The notes beneath the pieces are model-generated. The model ran no database searches. It saw only the letters and a program-made list of their open reading frames with translations, and was not told the DNA's origin. A stretch of DNA of 33,895 nt from Actinomycetota bacterium (GTDB lineage: Bacteria; Actinomycetota; Acidimicrobiia; IMCC26256; VFJJ01), in assembly GCA_009886115.1 (NCBI GenBank), contig VFJJ01000204.1, positions 1 to 33,895 on the forward strand. The letters run 5' to 3'. Made by a program: the position numbers and the translations under genes. Every line of letters begins with the position of its first letter. Positions within the stretch are counted from its first letter, which is position 1. Shown here piece by piece: positions 8,692 to 18,224 of this stretch.

Positions 8692-9285
8692 TCAGACCGT
8701 GAGCGCGGCCACGATCTCGTCGAGGACGGCGGCGATGCGCTCGCTGCGCACCTCGACCGTCTCCTCGTAGTAATCGTTGGGGACCACCACGTAGCGCAGA
8801 TCGGGCAGGCCGAGCAGCCGAGCGTTCGCCGCCAACGCCGGCACGAACGGCGGGGTCACCAGCGTGACCGTCGGGATGCCCATGCGCTCCAGGTTCACGG
8901 CGTCGAGCACACTGCCCGACGTGCACGAACCTCATTTGGCGAGGCCGTTTACGACCCCCGAGCAGCTCCGCAGATGGGCGAGCAGCTCGTCGCCGGCGGG
9001 CCGTGACAGCACCGGCTTGCAGATCCGCGGCGAGTCGGCGAGGACGGCCGTCCCGTAGCGGCGCCGCAGCCCAGCCTCGATCTCGATCGTGTAGCCGTAG
9101 AAATCGGGTCCCTGCTGGCGGCTCTGCTCGTTCACCATGAAGCCGATCAGCCCGTCCATGGCGGGCATGCGCGGCGCCAGCCCGATGGAGGACTGCTCGC
9201 GCACCTGGCCTCGGGGATCGACGATCTCCATACGCCCCTTGGGCTCGACGTTCGCCACAACGTTTCGTTCCCCGGCGTCGCTCAT
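8692..9285 (-). CDS. UGSC-family candidate selenoprotein 1 (197 aa, in-frame TGA at 8932-8934 read as Sec118)
   Basis: ORFs 8932..9471 and 8692..8910 are in the same frame, joined by GCC AAA TGA GGT TCG TGC ACG (A-K-U-G-S-C-T). ATG 9285 overlaps the upstream stop (ATGA). A hairpin follows the UGA. Confidence 0.85.
8892..8931 (-). promoter_or_regulatory. Candidate bacterial SECIS hairpin directly 3' of the UGA
   Basis: GGUUCGUG-CA-CGUCGGGCA-(GUG)-UGCUCGACG-C-CGUGAACC: 8-bp and 9-bp stems including G-U pairs, with the loop G at +20 from the UGA. Confidence 0.65.
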
Positions 9286-10346
9286 GGTTCCTCGATCTCC
9301 CTCGTGACGGCGTAACCGCCGAGATGACCCCAACCTGGGCACACGACCGCCCACGGGATGCTGTCGGCGCCGCTGACCATGACGTGGATGGCCTCGGGCC
9401 GCTCGACGCAGGGGACGAGCGTGTCGTCGCTCGACTGGTCGACCCACGCGGGCCACCATTCGTACCACCACCGGGGATCGTTGTCGGGCCGGCGGGGCGA
9501 ACGCGGCCGGAGATCGCCGAGTCGCCGTCGGGCCAGCCGGAACAGCGTGTCCTGCACTGCGGTGCGGTCGAAACCGTGCCGTGCCAGGTGCCGCGCCTCC
9601 GACGGCGAGAACACCACGAGAGCCTCGCCCATGGTGTGGGCGTTGTTGTTGCCGAGCCCGGCGAGATGGTCGGCCACCTGGCCGAGGCGCTGCTCGGGAT
9701 CGTCGCCCACTCCCCAGAACGACACGCTCTGCGGGCTCTCACACGCGAACACCAAGACTGCGCTCCGGCCGGCACCGGCGCCCGCCATCGACGGCCAAGG
9801 CGTGTTGTCGGGCTCCTCGGCGATGCAGAACGCCAGCCGCCCGGGATGGCCGAAGACCTCTTTCACCGGATCGCCCGGCCGAGCACCACCCAGGTTCCAG
9901 AGCACGAGCTTGACCGCCCGACCGATGGCCACGTTGGCCCGGGCACCACCGCCGCTGAACACCGACTCTGTGGTGGCCATCCCAAGCCGGCCGACGGCCG
10001 GCCCCGACACGATCACGAGGGGCCAGCAGCCGTGGGTGGTGCAGGCCACGCCCCTGAGGTTGAAGCGCTCGTCGAGCATGGCCTCGATCGCCGCGACCAC
10101 GACCGGCATGTGCTCGGGCAGGCAGCCGGCCATGGCGGCGTTGGCCGCGACGGCCTCCACGGTGGCAATCCCGTTCCGAGGGGGAACGAGCCCGATCTCG
10201 GCGTGGGCTTCCCGGCCCGTCGCCGCGACCAGTGCATCGACGATGGCCCGGTCGGGCGCGAACGTGGGAAGCCCGTCGGTGAGGCCCAGTCGGTACGAGA
10301 GCTCGGTCCACGCCCCCGGCTCGATCGTCGACGGGAGACCGTCCAT
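9282..10346 (-). CDS. Conserved hypothetical 'DGLP' protein, partner of UGSC protein 1
   Basis: GLTDGLPTFAP, TVEAVAANAAMAGC, IGRAVKLVLWNLGG and FGHPGR; clear paralog of 27563..28618. Start 10346 has a GGGAG RBS; alternatives are 10370 and 10388. Confidence 0.85.
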   Translation of the reverse strand: MDGLPSTIEPGAWTELSYRLGLTDGLPTFAPDRAIVDALVAATGREAHAEIGLVPPRNGIATVEAVAANAAMAGCLPEHMPVVVAAIEAMLDERFNLRGVACTTHGCWPLVIVSGPAVGRLGMATTESVFSGGGARANVAIGRAVKLVLWNLGGARPGDPVKEVFGHPGRLAFCIAEEPDNTPWPSMAGAGAGRSAVLVFACESPQSVSFWGVGDDPEQRLGQVADHLAGLGNNNAHTMGEALVVFSPSEARHLARHGFDRTAVQDTLFRLARRRLGDLRPRSPRRPDNDPRWWYEWWPAWVDQSSDDTLVPCVERPEAIHVMVSGADSIPWAVVCPGWGHLGGYAVTREIEEP

Positions 10347-10405
10347 GGTTGCTCCCGGTCCCTCGGGCATGACGGTGCGAGTGTCCATTGAGTAGAACCT
10401 CGCTC

Positions 10406-11230
10406 ATGAGCGCACTGACGGGCAAGACGGCACTGATCACCGGCGGCGCTGGGGGCATCGGACGGGCGACGGCCGAGGTCCTCGCCCGCGATGGGGCCCA
10501 GGTCACCATCGCCTCCCGCAGCGCCGGACACCTCGAGGAGGTCGCCGATCGGCTCGGGCCCAACGTGCGCTGGACGGTGTGCGACGCCACCGTTCCCGAG
10601 CAGGTGCTGGCGGCCATCGCCTTCGCCAGCGAACCCACGGGCCGTCTCGACATGGCGGTCTCGGTGCCCGGCGCCGGGCTCATGAAGCCTCTGTTGATGA
10701 CCGGCGACGACGAGTTCATGGCCGACGTCGACTTCAACGTGCGGGCCCCCTACCTCATGATCAAGCACGCCGGTCGACAGATGGCCCGCGACGGCGGAGG
10801 GGCGATCGTGGCGATCTCGTCGACGGCGGCCGTCCAGCCCGCGCGCTACCTGGCCTCGTACTGCGCAGCGAAAGCCGCCGTCGACATGATGTGCCGCGTC
10901 GCGGCCGACGAGCTGGGCGCGGTCGGGGTGCGCGTGAACGTGGTGCGTCCCGGGCTCACGGCCACCGATGCGCCCGCGGGCATGATCGCCAACCCGCAGA
11001 TCGTGGGCCTCTACATGGAGCAGCAGCCCATCACCCGGGTCGGCGAGCCCGACGACATCGCCCAGGCGTGTCGCTATCTGGTGGGTCCCGAGTCGTCGTG
11101 GGTCACCGGGCAGTGCCTCACGATCGACGGCGGTCACACGCTGCGGGCCTTCCCGCATCTCATCGGGCTCATCGAGTCGCGCTGGGGGGCCGACGCCGTG
11201 GCCCGCGGCATGCGCGGCGAGCTCGACTGA
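10406..11230 (+). CDS. Short-chain dehydrogenase/reductase (SDR)
   Basis: TGGAGGIG, YCAAK, VNVVRPG and VTGQCLTIDGG motifs. Confidence 0.93.
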   Translation: MSALTGKTALITGGAGGIGRATAEVLARDGAQVTIASRSAGHLEEVADRLGPNVRWTVCDATVPEQVLAAIAFASEPTGRLDMAVSVPGAGLMKPLLMTGDDEFMADVDFNVRAPYLMIKHAGRQMARDGGGAIVAISSTAAVQPARYLASYCAAKAAVDMMCRVAADELGAVGVRVNVVRPGLTATDAPAGMIANPQIVGLYMEQQPITRVGEPDDIAQACRYLVGPESSWVTGQCLTIDGGHTLRAFPHLIGLIESRWGADAVARGMRGELD

Positions 11231-11280
11231 CCCCAAATTTGCGGAGGGGTGGGGGGGTGCGGCTGGGGCGGAGGGGCGGC

Positions 11281-13005
11281 TCAGGACGGGCGCACGACCA
11301 CGCCGGGGAGCGCGCCGGTGATCTCGCCGTCGATCACGATGGGCACACCGTTGACGATCGTGGCGTACACACCCATGGGCCACGAGCGCCAGCGGCCTTC
11401 GCCGTTGGGGAAGTCGTGCACGAACTCCTTGCGATCCGGGGCGATGGTCTCCGGGTCGAAGACCATCAGATCGGCAGCGAAGCCCGGCCGGATCTGGCCC
11501 CGGTCGCTGAAACCCGCCAGCGACGCCGGGATCTGGGTCATCAGGCGGACGGCCTCTTCCAGGCTCCAGCCACCCCATTGCCTGACCCAGCGGTCGAAGA
11601 ACCACGACGACCACTCAGCGCCGTCATCGCGGTCGAGGTGGGCTCCACCGTCGGACACGCCGACGATCATGTGCGGATCGCCGCCGGCGGTGCGGGTGCG
11701 CGCTCGCCAGGCGTCGGTCTCGGTGGCCCACAGCCATTCGGTCTCGAGATCATCGGCCAGTGCCAGGTCGAGCATCACGTCGACCGGTGCTCGTCCCTGC
11801 TCGCGTGCGATGTCGGCGACGGTCCGACCGACGAGAGCGGTGTGCTCGTGCCTGGTCACCCGGTTCACGAACAGCATCGACCATCGGGGCGGCGGCAGCG
11901 TCGGCCCGGCGGCAGGGTCACGATTGGGGTTCTCGACATCGGAGCGGATCTCGTCGCGGAAGGCCGGATCGCGCAGCATGGCCATCCGCGCCTCGACGTC
12001 CGAGGCCTCTCTGAACATCCGGTTGAACCGGAGGCACCCTTCGTACAGCGTGGTACCGGCCGCCAACGTGAACGTGCGATTGAACGGCTTGGCCATCAGC
12101 ATCGAGTAGACGGCGGCACCCCGGGCCGAGGCGTCGTCGACGAAGAGCCGGGCGCCGTCCCACGCATCGCCGACGGCGCCGACCTTGGAGCCCGCGCCCA
12201 GGCCCTGGATGATGACGGGCACCCGTCCGGCCAGCGACAGGCGGATCAGCAGCTCCTGGTCGGCATCGTCGAGCCCACCGATCGAAGACAGCGGCAGGTA
12301 GCCGACGCTGCCGGCGTTGGCCCGTCCGGCCGCGACCACGAGCGCTTCGAGCTCGTCGACCGAGGCGAGGCGGCTCGGCACGGGACGGTCGAACGAGTCG
12401 AGGTGGGTGGGCGCGTGGCTCGACGAGAACCCGGCCGCGCCGGCAGCGACGGCGTCGGCGACGATGACCACCATCTCGGCGATCTCGGCCGCGGTCGCCT
12501 CCCGCTGGTAGCAGTCATCGCCCATCACCCAGCGCCGCACCGCCGAATGACCCACGTAGCACGCCAGGTTCACGCCGAGACGGCCCTCCAGCGAGGCCAG
12601 GTACTCGGGGAACGTCTCGAAGCCCCACGGCAGGCCCTGCAACGCCTTGGCCGACATGCCCTCGACCCGGGCGAACATCTGCACGATGAACTCGCGGTCG
12701 GCGGCCCGGGTCGGGGCGATCGAGAAGCCGCAGTTGCCGGCCAGCACCGTCGTGACACCGTGGAAGCACGACGACGTGGCGTAGGGCTCGAAGGTGACCT
12801 GCGGGTCGTAGTGGGTGTGGATGTCGACGATCCCCGGCGCCACACACCGGCCGGTGGCGTCGATCACCTGGTCGGCATCGGCCGGGTCGACGAAGCCGAC
12901 GGTGGCGATGCGCCCGTCCTTCACGCCCACGTCGGCGCGGCGCCGGGGCAACCCCGTCCCGTCGACGACCGTCCCGCCGACCACCGCCAGATCGAACCGC
13001 GACAT
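11281..13005 (-). CDS. N-acyl-D-amino-acid deacylase-like amidohydrolase
   Basis: VVDGTG, PGIVDIHTHYD, GVTTVLAGNCG, SDGGAH and GFAADLMVFDP motifs. Confidence 0.92.
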   Translation of the reverse strand: MSRFDLAVVGGTVVDGTGLPRRRADVGVKDGRIATVGFVDPADADQVIDATGRCVAPGIVDIHTHYDPQVTFEPYATSSCFHGVTTVLAGNCGFSIAPTRAADREFIVQMFARVEGMSAKALQGLPWGFETFPEYLASLEGRLGVNLACYVGHSAVRRWVMGDDCYQREATAAEIAEMVVIVADAVAAGAAGFSSSHAPTHLDSFDRPVPSRLASVDELEALVVAAGRANAGSVGYLPLSSIGGLDDADQELLIRLSLAGRVPVIIQGLGAGSKVGAVGDAWDGARLFVDDASARGAAVYSMLMAKPFNRTFTLAAGTTLYEGCLRFNRMFREASDVEARMAMLRDPAFRDEIRSDVENPNRDPAAGPTLPPPRWSMLFVNRVTRHEHTALVGRTVADIAREQGRAPVDVMLDLALADDLETEWLWATETDAWRARTRTAGGDPHMIVGVSDGGAHLDRDDGAEWSSWFFDRWVRQWGGWSLEEAVRLMTQIPASLAGFSDRGQIRPGFAADLMVFDPETIAPDRKEFVHDFPNGEGRWRSWPMGVYATIVNGVPIVIDGEITGALPGVVVRPS

Positions 13006-13171
13006 GACCCCGCTCCCCTCCGACGAACCGCCCGCCGAGACCGGCCAAGGGTAACGAGCGGACCAGGTTCGATCATCCTCGCTGCAGCGTCCGGGGCTCT
13101 ACGATGCCCGTCCCTGGGCCGGTACGGCAGCCCCGGGCGATAACGACCGGCGATGACGACAAGGGGATCTC

Positions 13172-13924
13172 ATGCGAGGGTTGAACGGCAAGGTCGCGGC
13201 AGTGACCGGCGCGGCGTCGGGGATCGGCCAGGCGACGGCCATCAGGCTGGCCGAGGAGGGCGCATCGGTGGCCTGCCTCGACCTCAACGTCGACGCCGCC
13301 GGGGCGACCGCAGCGACCATCACCGGCGCCGGGGGACAGGCCCTGGCGGTGCGCTGCAACGTGGCTGACGCTGGCGACGCCGCGGCGGCGATCGCGGCGA
13401 CGGTCGAACGCTTCGGTCACCTCGACGTGCTCTGCAACATCGCCGGCATCGGCCACTTCGCCGACGACCGCACCGAGACCCTCGAGTGGTGGAACCGCAT
13501 CATCGGCGTCAACCTCACCGGCACGTTCATCATGTCGCAGGCCGCGCTCCCCCACCTTCTCGAAACCAAGGGCACCATCGTCAACACGGCCTCGACGGCC
13601 GCCATGAAGGGCCAGCCCTGGAGCTCGGCCTACTCGGCCAGCAAGGGAGGCGTGATCGCGCTCACCCAGACGATGGCCGTCAACTGGGCCAAGCTGGGTG
13701 TGCGCGTGAACTGCGTCGCGCCCGGGGGCGTCACCACACCGATCACCGACCAGTTCACCGACGTGCCCGAGGGCGCCGACCTCGAGCTGATGGCCCGCAT
13801 CATGCCGTTCTCACGCTTCGGCGAGCCCGCCGAGCTGGCGTCGGTGTTCGCCTTCCTGGCCTCCGACGAGGCCTCCTACGTGAACGGCTTCGTCGTGAGG
13901 GTCGACGGCGGCATGCAGATGTGA
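13172..13924 (+). CDS. Short-chain dehydrogenase/reductase (SDR)
   Basis: TGAASGIG, NIAG, YSASK, VNCVAPG and VDGG motifs. Confidence 0.95.
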   Translation: MRGLNGKVAAVTGAASGIGQATAIRLAEEGASVACLDLNVDAAGATAATITGAGGQALAVRCNVADAGDAAAAIAATVERFGHLDVLCNIAGIGHFADDRTETLEWWNRIIGVNLTGTFIMSQAALPHLLETKGTIVNTASTAAMKGQPWSSAYSASKGGVIALTQTMAVNWAKLGVRVNCVAPGGVTTPITDQFTDVPEGADLELMARIMPFSRFGEPAELASVFAFLASDEASYVNGFVVRVDGGMQM

Positions 13925-14049
13925 GCCGAAGGGGACGGGCGCGGTCGCCGGCACGGGATTCGCACGCGACCTGGCACACGGTGATGAGGGGCCCCCACCG
14001 CACCTGGCGGGATGGCCGGAGGCAGGCGTGCCAGAGACCACACGGCGCC

Positions 14050-14688
14050 TCAGCCGATCGTCACCAGGGCCGCCGGTGAGGCCAGGCGGTGACTGATGAG
14101 CGTGTCGATGGCCACGACGCCGATGCCGTGGTCGAATGCGAACCGCTCGAGGCGGGGGCGGCGGGCCGGCGAGCCGTCGTCGTCGAGCACCTCACAGATC
14201 ATCGCTGCGGGGTAGCACCCGGCCAGACGGGCCAGATCGACGGCCGCCTCGGTGTGGCCGGGGCGCTCGAGAACACCGCCGGGACGGGCCCGCAACGGGA
14301 AGACGTGTCCCGGCCGGCTGAACGCGTCGCCGCCGAAGCCCGGATCGGCGACGGCCCGAACGGTCGCGGCGCGGTCGTGCGCCGAGATGCCACTGCCGCC
14401 GTTGCACAGGTCGATCGACACGGTGAACGCCGTCGACATGGCGCAGGTGTTGTCGACGACCATCGGAGCGAGCGCCAGATCGTCGAGCCGCCGACCGTCG
14501 CACGGGAGACAAACCAGCCCGCACGCCTGGCGGATCATGAAGTTCACGGCCTCGGGGGTCACGTGCTCGGCCGCCATCACGAGGTCGCCCTCGTCCTCGC
14601 GGTCCTCGTGATCGACCACCAGGACCATGGCCCCCGCGGCGATGCGTTCCAGGGCGTCCTCGACGCTGATCGTGGTCATGGGCCTCAT
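14050..14688 (-). CDS. ribB: 3,4-dihydroxy-2-butanone-4-phosphate synthase (stand-alone)
   Basis: DHEDREDEGDL, GLVCL, TAFTVSID, GISAHDR, RPGHVFPL, GHTEAAVDLARLAG and ICE motifs. No GTP cyclohydrolase II domain. Confidence 0.92.
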   Translation of the reverse strand: MRPMTTISVEDALERIAAGAMVLVVDHEDREDEGDLVMAAEHVTPEAVNFMIRQACGLVCLPCDGRRLDDLALAPMVVDNTCAMSTAFTVSIDLCNGGSGISAHDRAATVRAVADPGFGGDAFSRPGHVFPLRARPGGVLERPGHTEAAVDLARLAGCYPAAMICEVLDDDGSPARRPRLERFAFDHGIGVVAIDTLISHRLASPAALVTIG

Positions 14689-14763
14689 GGGACTGGCTCT
14701 CTCTCGCTCGGGGCTCGGGCCGCCACGCCCCGCCAAGGGGACGTTCCGTCCGAACCCAGCCGT

Positions 14764-15858
14764 TCAGTGGTGGACCCGCTCCATCGTCCGATGGGCTGCG
14801 GGCAAGCCCACGACCATCCGACAACCCTGCGGGGTGTTGCGTTCAGCACGGATCGAACCGCCGTGGAGATCGACGATCCACCGGGCGATGGCCAAGCCCA
14901 GGCCGGCACCTCCGCTCGCGGAGGCCCGGGCGGCATCGGCGCGATAGAAGCGCTCGAACACCCGGTCGGCGTCGTCGTCGGCGATCCCCGGGCCTTCGTC
15001 GCACACCTCGAAGACCACCGACGATCCCGGCTCGTCGCGCCGGGCCCGGAGGACCACCGGCCGGCCCGACGGCGTGTGCCGGAGTGCATTCTCGAGCAGG
15101 TTGGCCACCACCTGATGGATCCGCTCGGGATCGCCGTCGGTCGCCAGGCCCGTCCCGGCCACCTCGGGGGTGACTTCGAGCGTGACCTCGACGTCGGTCG
15201 TGTGGAGCCTGGCCTCGGCCGCGGCGTCCTCGAGCACGGCCATCAGATCGAAGGCGCAGCGTTGCAGGGGCACGGCGCCCGACTCGAGCTTCGACAGGTC
15301 GAGGAGCTGCCGCACCAGCCGGCCCAGGCGCTCGACCTGCTTGAGCATCGTCCGCAGCGTGTCGGGAGCTGGCGGCTCGACACCGTCGACGAGGTTCTCG
15401 AGCACGACCTGGAGCGCCGAGATCGGCGTGCGCAGCTCGTGCGACACGTTGGCAACCAGGTCGCGCCGCATCCGATCGACCTCGGCGAGCTCGGCGGCCA
15501 TGGCGTTGAACGCCCGGGCCAGCTCGCCCACCTCGTCGCGCGAGGTCGTCTCGACCCGGCGTCCGTAGTCGCCCTTGGCCATGGCCCGGGCGGCCTCAGC
15601 CATGTCGCGCAACGGGGTGGTGACCCCCCGCACGAGCAGCCGCACGAACACCAGCGCCACAACCATCGCCAGCAAGCCAGCCACCGACGGCCACACGTCG
15701 AGCCAGCGGATGGCGGCCCAGAACACGAAGACCGTGCTCGAGGTCGAGGCGAAGACGGCGGCCCCGATCTTCCACTTGAGCGTGGGCAACGGATCGAGCG
15801 GACGATCGCCGATCTCCTTGAGCCGCTCACGGTCGAGCTCAACCCCGCGTACCTTCAC
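14764..15858 (-). CDS. HAMP-domain sensor histidine kinase
   Basis: Two TM segments, HAMP (DEVGELARAFN), SHELRTP, NLLENA, DEGPGI and GAGLGLAI. Confidence 0.95.
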   Translation of the reverse strand: MKVRGVELDRERLKEIGDRPLDPLPTLKWKIGAAVFASTSSTVFVFWAAIRWLDVWPSVAGLLAMVVALVFVRLLVRGVTTPLRDMAEAARAMAKGDYGRRVETTSRDEVGELARAFNAMAAELAEVDRMRRDLVANVSHELRTPISALQVVLENLVDGVEPPAPDTLRTMLKQVERLGRLVRQLLDLSKLESGAVPLQRCAFDLMAVLEDAAAEARLHTTDVEVTLEVTPEVAGTGLATDGDPERIHQVVANLLENALRHTPSGRPVVLRARRDEPGSSVVFEVCDEGPGIADDDADRVFERFYRADAARASASGGAGLGLAIARWIVDLHGGSIRAERNTPQGCRMVVGLPAAHRTMERVHH

Positions 15859-16643
15859 CGGCTCGCGTCCTTCGCTGGCGATGCTCCGTCACGAGCCTCG
15901 AGGCGCTGCTCGACGGCGTAGCCGACCCCGTGGACCGTCCGGATCACCATCGCGCCCACCTTGCGGCGGATGGCCTGCACGTGCGAGTCGACGGTGCGGG
16001 CACCCGAACCGTCGCGGTAGCCCCACACCTCGGCGAGCAACTGCTCCCGGGTGTACACGACGCCAGGGCGCCGGGCCAGGAAGTGCAGGAGGTCGAACTC
16101 CAATGGGGTGAGGTGCACCACCTCGCCGGCCTGACGGACCCTCCGGGCGGCCGGGTCGATCTCGACATCGCCGATGCGGCGGACGGGCGCGTGCGGCGTG
16201 GCGTCGAGCCCGTCTGCGGTTCCTGCGGTTGCGCGGTCGGCGTCGAGCCGGGCTCGGGACCGCTCGTCGCGGCGCAGGATCGCCTGCACCCGGGCCACGA
16301 GCTCCCGGGCCCGGAACGGCTTGGTCATGTAGTCGTCGGCGCCGACCGCGAGCCCCACGACCAGATCTGTCTCGCTGTCGCGGGCGGTCAGCATGAGCAC
16401 CGGCACGGGCTGGTCGCGTTGGATGCGCCGGCACACTTCCAGGCCGTCGAAGCCCGGCAGCATCACGTCGAGCACCACGAGATCGGGGTGCAATCGCTCG
16501 CAGGCCGCCACCGCCGACGGCCCGTCACCGGCGATCTCGACGGCGTAACCCTCGCTGCGCAGGCGCGCCGCGACCGCCGAAGCGATCGACGGTTCGTCCT
16601 CGACCACGAGAATCGTCCGCACAGGCGTTTGGAGCGCAGCCAC
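15855..16643 (-). CDS. OmpR/PhoB-family response regulator
   Basis: VVEDE, LDVMLP, LTAR, GADDYMTKPF and winged helix (RTVDSHV, IRTVHGVGY). GTG 16643 lies 6 nt after a TATCCT -10 box. Confidence 0.95.
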   Translation of the reverse strand: MAALQTPVRTILVVEDEPSIASAVAARLRSEGYAVEIAGDGPSAVAACERLHPDLVVLDVMLPGFDGLEVCRRIQRDQPVPVLMLTARDSETDLVVGLAVGADDYMTKPFRARELVARVQAILRRDERSRARLDADRATAGTADGLDATPHAPVRRIGDVEIDPAARRVRQAGEVVHLTPLEFDLLHFLARRPGVVYTREQLLAEVWGYRDGSGARTVDSHVQAIRRKVGAMVIRTVHGVGYAVEQRLEARDGASPAKDASR

Positions 16644-16718
16644 ACAGCCAGGATAAGGACGCGATGCGGAGGAGTCCGCTCCAGGATGCGGAGATTTCGC
16701 GGTTTTCTCGGCTCGCAG

Positions 16719-16755
16719 GTCGCAGTTTCCGCGACCTGGTCGCGGAAACTGCGAC
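16719..16755. terminator. Perfect inverted repeat with 18-bp arms (terminator or REP-like)
   Basis: GTCGCAGTTTCCGCGACC-T-GGTCGCGGAAACTGCGAC, 26 nt downstream of the lipoprotein stop. No adjacent U-tract. Confidence 0.55.
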
Positions 16756-16781
16756 ATGCCCGGGTGGTTGGGACCGAGCCG

Positions 16782-18161
16782 CTACTCCTTGACGAGCGTG
16801 CCGGCCTCGTCGAGCACCCACCACACGTTGCCGACGGCCTGGCCTTTCACGTCGCCACGGACCTGGTCGGCAGCGAAGTAGTACAGCGGCCAGTCGTTGT
16901 AGGTGACCTGGAGCTGGCCGTCGGTGCGCTCGACCGAGCCGATGAGGTCCTGGTCGAGACCGGGACCGGCGAAGACCGCCGGGTCGGTCAGGAACGGGGG
17001 CCAGGTCTCGGCACAGGCGTCGTAGCAGGCCGGCGTGGGCAGGTTGGGCTTCTCGGCCTCGAAGGCGTACACGGTGAGCCCCTGGTAGTCGGTGATGATC
17101 GTGCCCAGCGAGGTCTCGTCGAGCAGGATGCTCGAGTTGGCCGTGGGGACGGCGGTCCCGCCCGGCTGCGACGTGATCACGGGAGCGTTGGGGCCTGCGG
17201 GCTTGCCGGCGCTGTCGACGACGAACCACTTCTGCCCGACGCCCTGACCCGTCGTGTCGCCGGGTGCCTGGTCGCCGCCGAAGAAGTACAGGGGCCACGA
17301 GTTGTAGGTGACCTGCGTGCCGCCGTCGGGATGGGCCACGGTGCCGAGCAGCGACGTGTCGATCCCGGCGCCGGCCGTCGAGGTCTCGGTGTCGCCGCCG
17401 GACGTGGCCAGGAGCAGCGGGGGCCAGTTGACGGCGCAGGTCCCGGTGCAGGTGGGCGTGGGCCGGCCGGCTTCATCACCAAGGAACAGGTAGAGCGTGT
17501 GCCCGTCAGGGGCCCCGGTGAGCACGTCGCCGATCGCGGTGCTGGCCACCGAGACCGTTGCCGCCCCCGCTCCGGGCGCGGCGTCGAGGATCGGCGTGCC
17601 GGCCGGATCGATCACGTGCCAGACCCCGCCGACACCCTGGCCGAGCACATCACCCTTGGCGGCGTCGGCCGCGAAGTGATACAGGGGTCGGCCGAAATAG
17701 GTGACCTGCGTGCCACCGTCGGCCCGGGTGATGGTGGCCAGCTTGGTGGCGTCGATGCTCCCGGCGGCGATCGGCGATCCGGCGGCCAACACAGGCGGCC
17801 AGTTGACCGCACATTGGTCGGCGCAGTTCGACACCCCGTCGGTGTCGTTGTCGAACACGTACAGCGTGCGCCCGTCGCGGTTGGCGACGATCGATCCGAA
17901 CGGCGAGTCGACCGTGGTGATCGTGGCCCCGGCATCGGGGTCGACGGGAACCGTGGCCACCGGCGCCGTGGTATCGACTGCCGCGCCGGCCGGCGGCCCG
18001 GTCGCCGTGGTGGTCGCGTTGTCGGGCTCGTCGGCGGAACCCACGACGCTGTCGCCGCCGCACGCGGCAACGGTCAGCGCCAAGGCGCCGAACAGCGCCA
18101 GGAACTGAAGCTGGAGCCTCGTGCGCCGCTCGGGCATCGATGACTTCAAGGACACTGACAT
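16782..18161 (-). CDS. Secreted repeat lipoprotein (COG4315 / Lipoprotein_15-like, Yx[FWY]xxD motif) with three tandem domains
   Basis: Lipobox LTVAA-C, then three copies of G.T(L/V)Y.F...CxxxCA..WPP...DG..QVTY...PLY.F..D...GD..GQ.VG..W.V. Confidence 0.88.
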   Translation of the reverse strand: MSVSLKSSMPERRTRLQLQFLALFGALALTVAACGGDSVVGSADEPDNATTTATGPPAGAAVDTTAPVATVPVDPDAGATITTVDSPFGSIVANRDGRTLYVFDNDTDGVSNCADQCAVNWPPVLAAGSPIAAGSIDATKLATITRADGGTQVTYFGRPLYHFAADAAKGDVLGQGVGGVWHVIDPAGTPILDAAPGAGAATVSVASTAIGDVLTGAPDGHTLYLFLGDEAGRPTPTCTGTCAVNWPPLLLATSGGDTETSTAGAGIDTSLLGTVAHPDGGTQVTYNSWPLYFFGGDQAPGDTTGQGVGQKWFVVDSAGKPAGPNAPVITSQPGGTAVPTANSSILLDETSLGTIITDYQGLTVYAFEAEKPNLPTPACYDACAETWPPFLTDPAVFAGPGLDQDLIGSVERTDGQLQVTYNDWPLYYFAADQVRGDVKGQAVGNVWWVLDEAGTLVKE

Positions 18162-18224
18162 CGGGCTCTCCCTCGTTTGCGTGATGCCGGGGATACGGAT
18201 CGGGAGCGGTCGGCGTTCAATCGG

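Noticed and set aside
8692..9285. Pseudogene or two small separate genes at each TGA-split locus (also 28615-29169)
   Set aside because: The TGA falls at the same position of a U-x-x-C motif in two divergent paralogs, both halves stay in frame, and both genes are coupled to a partner gene.
10579..13143. Long alternative-frame ORFs (e.g. 10579..13143 +, 15930..18143 +, 22556..24694 -, 27584..29479 +, 1757..3574 +)
   Set aside because: Shadows of well-supported genes in GC-rich DNA, Arg/Gly/Pro-rich and without family motifs.
13971..14035. Structured ncRNA between the SDR and ribB
   Set aside because: Only a short CTGGCAC/GTGCCAG inverted repeat in GC-rich sequence, which is insufficient support.
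14689..14763. FMN riboswitch upstream of ribB
   Set aside because: The spacer is only 75 bp and shows no RFN consensus segments.
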